Shown here piece by piece: positions 55,291 through 64,000 of a stretch of 64,000 bases of DNA (the first letter of the stretch is position 1; each line of letters starts with the position of its first letter). A program made the translations under genes and the position numbers. Source of the DNA: Octopus bimaculoides (Eukaryota); the NCBI RefSeq assembly GCF_001194135.2, contig NC_068986.1, forward strand, positions 30,981,958 to 31,045,957, given 5' to 3'. Below the pieces are notes generated by a model. That model saw only the letters and a list, made by a program, of their open reading frames with translations. It was not told where the DNA came from and did no database searches.

Positions 55291-56750
55291 GCTTCTGTAC
55301 AGTTTCTCTCTTCTAAATTTCAATCTCAAATTAGTGGTTAGCCTGAAGCTATATTGGAATTGAAACCTAAAACCAGGTGGCTGCAAAGTGACTTCTTAAC
55401 CAAACAGTTAAACCCATGCCTACATTCACTAACAAAATGGAGGTAAAAGCCTTAAGTGATTGGAAGAGGCTATTGAAATATTCTCAGTTCAGTAAGTTAT
55501 TTAAATGATGGTAAAACAGAGAAGGGCCATATTCAACAAAGAAATATAACATTCAGCAAGAATAAGAATATTATCTGCATGTATTTTATCTAGAAAACGC
55601 AGAATAACCACATGACAGAAATAATTAACATATTAATAATTGAAAACAAATAAAAGACACATTACTGAGATGATAAAGCTCTACTACAGACCCAATTTTC
55701 AAAATCAATAATCAAAACAGACTCCAATAGACAGTAAAGTTACATTGACATGCACGTTTGTGCGGAGTAATGGAAGGCCAAATAATTGCAACTTCCAATA
55801 AGCTACTAATCAAAAACACATACTAAATTAAATAACAAGAGTTATTGAATATGGTTAGTGGCTAATTTGAAAAAAGCCATTAGCTGGAACAGCAGAATAC
55901 ATTTATAGACTCAAGAGTGTAGCAGACCCAACTTAAGAGAAATGGCTTAAGCATAGGAACTTTTTTTTAATGGCTTAATCAGAGCAAGAAGAGCAGTGCT
56001 CATGACCTTTTCCAGGCCTCTGAGGGAGGTGAAAGGAAGTTATACTTAGAGAAAAAAGCTGACCTGAATACTTGCTGCAGAGTGGGCTCCACTTTAGGTG
56101 GTGATGTTAAACTGGGACGAGAGGTTAAGACTATGACCCACAAATAAAAAGGCTCCTTTGACAGGCTTTTCCATACAATTGCTGTCCACCAAACTTTGCA
56201 TACAAGGATTTGGTCGACTTAAGGTTACATTAGAAGATACTTGCCCAAGGTGCCTCGCAGTGGGACTGAATCTGAATTACGTAGTTGTAAAGGTAAACTT
56301 CTTGACCACAGAGCCAAACCTGCATCCATAGTTTACAGTAGACAAAAAAAAAAAAAAAAAGCAGGCTAATTCCTTAAAAATAGAAACACATACACACAGA
56401 TCTGAAGGTACCTGATTAAGGATTACTGTCCAATCAGTTCAAATACGCTAATGAAGGATAATGAAAAAAAATATATACAACAAATTGTTAAAATATAAAG
56501 AGCCAAAAACTGCAGTATCAAAATGTAGAATATGGTCATAATTACTATTCTTGCTATTATGAGATCTTTACAAATGAAATCAAGGCCATGAACAAAGAAC
56601 TAAAGAAATTCTAAGCAAACTTTCTATGTAGCAAAAGTTAGTTCTACAAAGAATGCACACATCCTTCAGGAAAATGTTGGACTGACCAGTTATAAGCATA
56701 GGAATGATTATAACTAAGAAACTTTATTTCAAGATTAAGGATCACCTTTG

Positions 56751-56787
<37 letters not shown>

Positions 56788-57016
56788 TAAATGAAAGTAA
56801 ATTCTAATAACTGATAATTATCAAAAAATTTCAACTCCATCCCATTGACTAAAATTTTGTTATCATCCAGTAATATTTTGTGGTCTGCATCAAAGGCTAA
56901 GTTGTTGTTTTTCTTTTGATTAAAAAAAAAACTCAATGTTCAATATGCTCTGACTGTATCTTACCTAATACTTCTGAATGCACCACCAAGATAGCACTTT
57001 TAAAATCTCCCCCCCC

Positions 57017-57050
<34 letters not shown>

Positions 57051-59093
57051 AGATAAACATACCAATAAAATATATACAGATACCAAATCTGAGTCTAGAG
57101 TATCCTGCTACATAATTTTCCTGTCAAGATATTTTAGATGTAAACAATTTTTTTTTTAAATATTTGTAAAATATTTACAAATTGTTGACACCAATGTTTT
57201 TGCAACTGGAGGCTTTTTAGAGCTAACCAATCAATGTGAAGAATAGTATATATTTATTTATTCAGCTAAACAGGAGACAAGCAGTGTAATGTGCCTTCTA
57301 ACCACATAAATACAACACAAAGGCTGATATGTTAATGAGAGAGCCTCTACAATTGATCTCCTAGAAATAGTAGCTAAGTCTCACTGAAATCACACCTTAT
57401 CTGAAATAAAGGACACATTGGACAATGAATTCCTTGATATAAAAGAAAAAAGAGAGACAGGATAGTCATGGCTGGAATACCTTTGATCATGGGTCTACTT
57501 TATCAGAGTTAACATGGGGCTAGACCACAACAGCATAATAGCTGTAGCATGATCAGCAGCTAATAATTCCTCTAGAATAAAAAAGTAAAAAAATAAAATT
57601 AAAATAAAGCCATTGCTTAATCATCTAGTGTTAAATTATTAATTAAACTCAGTTGTAACTCCATGACCAACATGATCAAATAATAAGTTTTGAAAATATA
57701 TAATATGAGCATATGGATTCATCACCACAAGAGAAAAAAAAATTTTAAATACCTGGAGAAAAAATCCTGAATAGTTTTATCTTGAATCAAGAGATTGCTT
57801 CTTTATTCAGGACAAGGAATACATTTATAATGAGTTAGGAACTTAAAGAGGGAAAATGATGGTAAGTCTACTACACTAGAAGACAATAAGTTTTTGAAAT
57901 AGTAATAATGAAAGAATACTACAGTGAAATCCATTCACTGTATAACAAATTTAGTACTATCAAATGAAATGTTAACAGCTCATTCATTATTTCAAATGCT
58001 TATCATCCCGAGGGTCACAATAACAGCAAACTAACTAAGACAGACAAATTTTGCTAGTTGCTCACCAACAACTGCTAATTGTTCTCAAAAAGCTTTCCAG
58101 CATTCTTAAAGCAACAAATATACTTCCTTTGCTAATAGACTGGAGCTGCTTGAAAGTTTCCACTTGATAAGCCAGGTATACTGAAGCTCCGGAAGAAGCC
58201 TGCCTGGAGACACAACTCATCTAACACTCAAGCTAAATCAACTGATCGCTTCCACTGTTTCTTCATCTTCCTATCTCCCTTTATAGAAAAACAGCAGCAC
58301 CTTGGCAACAGCAAATGAAATACTACACTCTGTATTTATTCAATATATATTCACTGGTAAATGTTTTTTTCTTCATGTCACCCAAGTCAGTACAGAACGC
58401 TCCTTATTATTCTAATTTTACCTCTTTTAATTTAAAAGTACTTTCAACAAGTAACAATAGAAAGAAAAAAACCATATCTAAATATATTTTAATGGCTACA
58501 TTCTTTTCATTTTCTGTCTATCCAAGAAATAAGACTCTTTGGCTGACATGTTTCATGCAAGTGAACAGAAATAGAACCACAAAATTATGAAGAAATTTAT
58601 GCACAAGCACAGGAAAATAGACAGGGTCATATTATGTGTGGCTCATATCCAACTCTAAGGAACTTCAATGGATAAGTTAAATAAATAACTTTAAAATAAA
58701 TACATGGTCTTTACAGCAAGTTTAATTCATAGAAGAAGCTTAAGCCAGGTTCAAAATATAAATAAAGAGAATGAAAGCTATTTTGTATTATAGTTATTTT
58801 AAAATTCTTTCCTGTGACGGAAAGACTATTTTTCCTGTCTCTTTTTACAATTCTTATACTTTTATATTGGAAATTATGTACCTTATTCAAGTTGATTATA
58901 ATGGATTTTCGCATCAAATACAATATATTTGGCAACAAGATTTAAAAGAAATGAAAATAAATGCATGCTATAAACAAAGAGAAGAAAAATAGAAACTTAG
59001 AAGCCACACACACATAAATGAGCCATACCCAGCCAAAGTTAGAAATACACATATCATGGACAAACAATTATGGTAAGCATATACATGCATGCA

Positions 59094-59128
<35 letters not shown>

Positions 59129-59624
59129 CTGATGGAAAGTATAAACTGTAATTACGTACAATTTGTATAGAATTTCGATTTTGAAGGGGAGTTTTCTAGC
59201 ATGAATAACAAGGGCAACCTCTGAGCTATTATGAAATTTACTGAAGTGACATAAAAGCTTATTTCCAATTACTAGCAATGTCTGCTACTGTTGTTACTGG
59301 TGCTTTTGTTTCGTATCAGCCAGATCATAATTTTGCTTGACAATCCAAAGCCTCAAATGAGAAAATTACTCCACCAAAGCCAGTCTTAAGGTAATTTTTT
59401 TTTCTTTCTTTCTTCCTGATATGAAATTCTAAAGGCTCTCAGGTTTTTAATTTATAACATTGCCATATCAAAGACTTCACTGAGCATATTGTATTTGTTG
59501 GTAACCTTGCTAGTTATGACTACCACCTTTTTCCTTCACTAACTTTTCAATGCCTCCTTGCTACACTGTAATACAATTAAATATACCACATGTTGGTGTG
59601 TGTGTGTGTGTGTGTATATATATC

Positions 59625-60025
59625 ATCATCATCATTTAACGTCCGCTTTCCATGCTGGCATTGATTGGTGGTTTGCCTGAGGACTGGCGAGCCAGAGGTC
59701 TCCAATCTGAATTGGCAAAGTTTCTACAGCTGGATGCCCTTCCTAATGCCAACCACTCCAAGAGTGTAGTGGGTGCTTTTACATTCCACCAGTATGAGGG
59801 CCAGCAAGGCAGTTCTGGCAACAACCACGCTCAAAAGGTGTTTTTTACATGTTACCTGCATGGGAGCCAGCCCAGCGGCACTGGCAACAACCACACTCAA
59901 ATGTTGTTTGGCACATGTGCCAGTGAAGCAACGCTAGCAACGATCACACTTGAATGGTGCTTTTTACATGCCACCGACATGGTAGCCAATCAGCAGCCCT
60001 GGCAACAATCACACTTGGATTGTGC
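59625..60025 (-). mobile_element. Retroposon (family C) with an RTE-like 3' end ...GGAAAGCGGACGTTAAA(T/C)GATGATG. 3'-coterminal copies at 12300-12540(-) and 33352-33590(-); related tails at about 1300-1480, 20285-20400, 30390-30510, 40640-40775, 46430-46620, 54920-55100 and 63110-63230
   Basis: The block CATCATC..TTTAA(C/T)GTCCGCTTTCCATGCT...TTTCTACAGCTGGATGCCC(T/C)TCCTAA..CCAACCACTCC is nearly identical at three loci, and the copies are variably truncated at the 5' end. Confidence 0.8.
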
Positions 60026-60325
60026 TATGTACGAGTACCAATCTATCTTAAATCCAACTTTTCTCTCAGGGTGCTTGCACTCTGTTGTGTATGCACACTG
60101 ACATTACACATCCAGCAGATTTATATACATTGTATTCTCTCAACTCATCATATTTGGGTCTGAATCAAAGAGGATTGCAAACCAGAAATGTTATACTTAG
60201 GATGCATATCATTATTATACACCTCAAATTGATATATTGTATCGTTTGTGTACAAGCATGGATGTGCATGCACAACTGTAAATGCACTTATACAAATGTG
60301 AATTCTTAAATGTGTGCATATGCAC

Positions 60326-60327
60326 AC

Positions 60328-60383
<56 letters not shown>

Positions 60384-60402
60384 TATATATTTATATACAT
60401 AC

Positions 60403-60436
<34 letters not shown>

Positions 60437-61407
60437 NNNNNNNNNNNNNNNNNNNNNNNNNNNNNNNNNNNNNNNNNNNNNNNNNNNNNNNNNNNNNNNN
60501 NNNNNNNNNNNNNNNNNNNNNNNNNNNNNNNNNNNNNNNNNNNNNNNNNNNNNNNNNNNNNNNNNNNNNNNNNNNNNNNNNNNNNNNNNNNNNNNNNNNN
60601 NNNNNNNNNNNNNNNNNNNNNNNNNNNNNNNNNNNNNNNNNNNNNNNNNNNNNNNNNNNNNNNNNNNNNNNNNNNNNNNNNNNNNNNNNNNNNNNNNNNN
60701 NNNNNNNNNNNNNNNNNNNNNNNNNNNNNNNNNNNNNNNNNNNNNNNNNNNNNNNNNNNNNNNNNNNNNNNNNNNNNNNNNNNNNNNNNNNNNNNNNNNN
60801 NNNNNNNNNNNNNNNNNNNNNNNNNNNNNNNNNNNNNNNNNNNNNNNNNNNNNNNNNNNNNNNNNNNNNNNNNNNNNNNNNNNNNNNNNNNNNNNNNNNN
60901 NNNNNNNNNNNNNNNNNNNNNNNNNNNNNNNNNNNNNNNNNNNNNNNNNNNNNNNNNNNNNNNNNNNNNNNNNNNNNNNNNNNNNNNNNNNNNNNNNNNN
61001 NNNNNNNNNNNNNNNNNNNNNNNNNNNNNNNNNNNNNNNNNNNNNNNNNNNNNNNNNNNNNNNNNNNNNNNNNNNNNNNNNNNNNNNNNNNNNNNNNNNN
61101 NNNNNNNNNNNNNNNNNNNNNNNNNNNNNNNNNNNNNNNNNNNNNNNNNNNNNNNNNNNNNNNNNNNNNNNNNNNNNNNNNNNNNNNNNNNNNNNNNNNN
61201 NNNNNNNNNNNNNNNNNNNNNNNNNNNNNNNNNNNNNNNNNNNNNNNNNNNNNNNNNNNNNNNNNNNNNNNNNNNNNNNNNNNNNNNNNNNNNNNNNNNN
61301 NNNNNNNNNNNNNNNNNNNNNNNNNNNNNATATATGTATATATATACACACACATACATATGTACAAATACATCTATATATATATACACATACATACATA
61401 TGTACAT

Positions 61408-61442
<35 letters not shown>

Positions 61443-61572
61443 CAAATACATCTATATATACACACACACACATGTATATATACACATATATATACACACA
61501 CATACATATATAAATAAATATGCAAATACATCTATATATACATACACACACACACACACACAAATACACCTC

Positions 61573-61606
<34 letters not shown>

Positions 61607-61660
61607 TATATATATAATAACATAAATAATATATAATTACATACACACACCCACATACAC
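60326..61660. repeat. Compound TA/CA low-complexity minisatellite spanning an 893-nt gap
   Basis: The anchor CAAATACA(T/C)CT(C)TATATATA recurs at about 61365, 61442, 61523 and 61561, separated by (CA)/(TA) runs. Confidence 0.9.
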
Positions 61661-61768
61661 ATATATAATGTTTGCTTTTATGTATGGTTATATATATAAA
61701 AACAGAGAAACGTTTAACTGAAGGATCAATCAATACCTTTCTGTAGAGTAACATGTTTTATTTTTAAA

Positions 61769-61854
61769 AAAGGAAAAGGTTGACAGTTACTTTGAAGTCT
61801 GTCCAATAAAGACTAAATATCCAAAACTTCCAAGTAACTGTCAACCTTACCTTT
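61769..61854 (-). other. Stem-loop (17-bp perfect core, about 27 bp in total) overlapping a 5' splice-site consensus; function unknown
   Basis: AAGGTTGACAGTTACTT (61776-61792) is the exact reverse complement of AAGTAACTGTCAACCTT (61832-61848). The stem extends inward with GAAGT/ACTTC and outward with AAAGG/CCTTT. Confidence 0.7.
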
Positions 61855-62285
61855 GTAAAGATTTGCATACAAGCACACACACACACACACACACACACCA
61901 CTATCAACTTTACTAACCAAATTCACAGTTACTGACGAAGGAGTTGTTTTGTCTTAGCTCTTTTCCATTTTAATCATGCAAATTAGCATTAGACAAGAAT
62001 GTACTCAACTATTTCCATATATATTAAATTATCCCTGGCTGTTAGGATACAAGAAAGACTTATGATATACATGCTAATCACAGTAAACCAAGGCCAAAAC
62101 ACATCCCATATGTCCCTTGGCTGTGAAACAAAGATTAGATTGTCCTTCTTTTTTAAGTATGTCAATTCAACCATGTAATTATTCTTGAATACATGTGTAT
62201 GTGTGTGGTGTGTGTATGTGAATGTACAAATACATATAATATATTTACATATTTTTTATTTAGAGAGACTTAGAAATATTAATAA

Positions 62286-62319
<34 letters not shown>

Positions 62320-64000
62320 AGAGAGAGAGAGAGACTGGTATAGAGACATAGCACAATACACATATAAAATACTGACTATATAATGGTCTCAAATGTTGGC
62401 ATGGTAAGTCAATGGAGTTGACCCCAGTGCTCAGCTTCTACTGATTTTATCAACCCCAAAAAGAAGAAAGGCAAAAATCAACCCTGGTGGAATTCGAACT
62501 CAAAATGTAAAAGACAGGTGAAAAGCTGCCAAGCATTTTGTTTGGTGTGCTAACAATTCTGCCAACTTGCTACCTACACTTACTATATAATGCTTCTATT
62601 AAACTGCATATCATATATAATCATAATATATAACAGCTAAGATATACAACATATAATACACTGTTATATAATATATGATAAATTGTAAATATGTTGCATG
62701 TCGTATAATCTGTTGTTATATGTCATATTGTAAGAAGGCAAAGGTATGGCTGCATTATTAAGAAGTTTGTTTCCCAACTACATGGTTTTAGGTTCAGTCA
62801 CACTGTAAAACACCTTGGACAACTTAAGAAATAAACACAACTTTTGTTATATCGCCCGGCCAAACAAAGCCTTGTGAGTGGATCTGGATCAGGTAGAAGA
62901 AAACTGAAAGAAGCTTGACTAATATGTATATATGTATGTATATATACGCAAATGTATGTGTGTGTATGTGCATGTATATGTATTTGTCTTTGCTAATATT
63001 TGCACTTCTCCAAATATTATGAGCTATAACCAGAGATGCTGCCAATTTCTCCTGTTAATCAAGTGCCGCTAGCTTTGCACCTTCAAGGATGTTTGAAGAT
63101 AAAAAAAATATCCCTTACTTGAGCAAAAGTAAGGATGAGTGACAGGAAAGGCATCTAGCTGTAAAACAATGCCTAAATAATACACTCATCCAACCTAGGT
63201 TTGCGTGGATGTACAAACAAAAATGTATCATGTTATGTAATGCATGGTATTATATTGTGTGTGTACATATACTGATACACACACACACACACACACAAAA
63301 AAAAAGCATACATTCACATAAACACATACACATGTGTATGTATCTGTGTATAAATACAGACATAGAAGGAGAAATTGATATACACCCACAAACACACCGT
63401 GGGTAAGAAAACAAAAAAATAATTCAAATTTTATAATTGTAGAGTGAAACTTGAATACAAATGAGAAACTTCAAATGGTTTTAGTTTCTAAAGGTTCATT
63501 TATTTCTTAATAGTATTTCTCAAATTAGAGAACAAATAGCAACAATACTTTCTCTCAGTACACATACATAAATTGGGAAAACATTATGTTACTTAATATC
63601 AGTAGTTGTCAAGCTTTATGTAAATTTTCTTGGAAGTTTTTCTCATTCACATCTAACGACCGACAATCACAATACTAAAAATGCCTATCAGATCAGAACA
63701 ACAGCTCATCAATAAGTCCTGGGTTTTTGAAAGCTTTTTAAATAATAATATAGTAAAATGCAATTGAAAAAAAAAAAGCGAAAGAAAGAAAAGATAAAAA
63801 AAGAAAAAGAAAAATACAATCTTCATAAACAATAGTCTAATATTGATCTTACAGATAATGTAATAGAAACTGGTGATGGAAAAGACATCTCTTGCAGTTC
63901 ATGAATGGGAAAATGAATGATCGACCTTTTTAGGTCAATTTAACTGAACAAGTCAGTCCAAATCATAATCGCTTCAATGCAAAACTGGTAGAGTATTTTA

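Larger units (their letters stand above)
9658..64000 (-). other. Probable large upstream intron (intron 1) of the EPC gene
   Basis: A visual scan of the minus strand found no exon encoding the conserved MSKLSFRARALD...PQMPTGMEKEEE N-terminus. It lies beyond 64000 or inside an N-gap. Confidence 0.65.

Noticed and set aside
60282-61662. Six very long ORFs (320-435 aa) in the ORF track
   Set aside because: They consist of N-gap X residues plus (TA)/(CA) microsatellite translation. The same applies to the ORFs across the gaps at 5845, 11841, 31049 and 45453.

Overview
AT-rich, microsatellite- and SINE-dense animal genomic DNA with seven N-gaps. The repeat landscape looks like an octopus/coleoid cephalopod draft assembly, but that is inferred and not proven. 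The only protein-coding exon I can support is a 157-nt minus-strand exon (9501-9657). It encodes EHHLQRALSAQQVYG...KQYIHVQ and corresponds to coding exon 2 of Enhancer of polycomb (EPC1/EPC2, NuA4/TIP60 subunit). I could not find the preceding or following coding exons, so the window is probably almost all EPC intron, with >54 kb upstream of the exon and >9.5 kb downstream. The introns contain: a decayed R4/Dong-type non-LTR retrotransposon (RT plus restriction-like endonuclease); a second 5'-truncated fragment of that type lodged in a (TAA)n tract; a TTAA-flanked piggyBac-type element with related MITEs; at least four short retroposon families, including one young TSD-flanked SINE and head-to-tail SINE arrays; and many microsatellites. 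The best unexplained signals are an 86-nt hairpin that buries a near-consensus 5' splice site (61769-61854) and several stop-containing or frameshifting cassette-exon candidates in the sense orientation of EPC (possible poison exons). I found no prokaryote-type system, CRISPR array or genuine RNA gene. Nearly all ORFs in the supplied track are gap, microsatellite or repeat artefacts.
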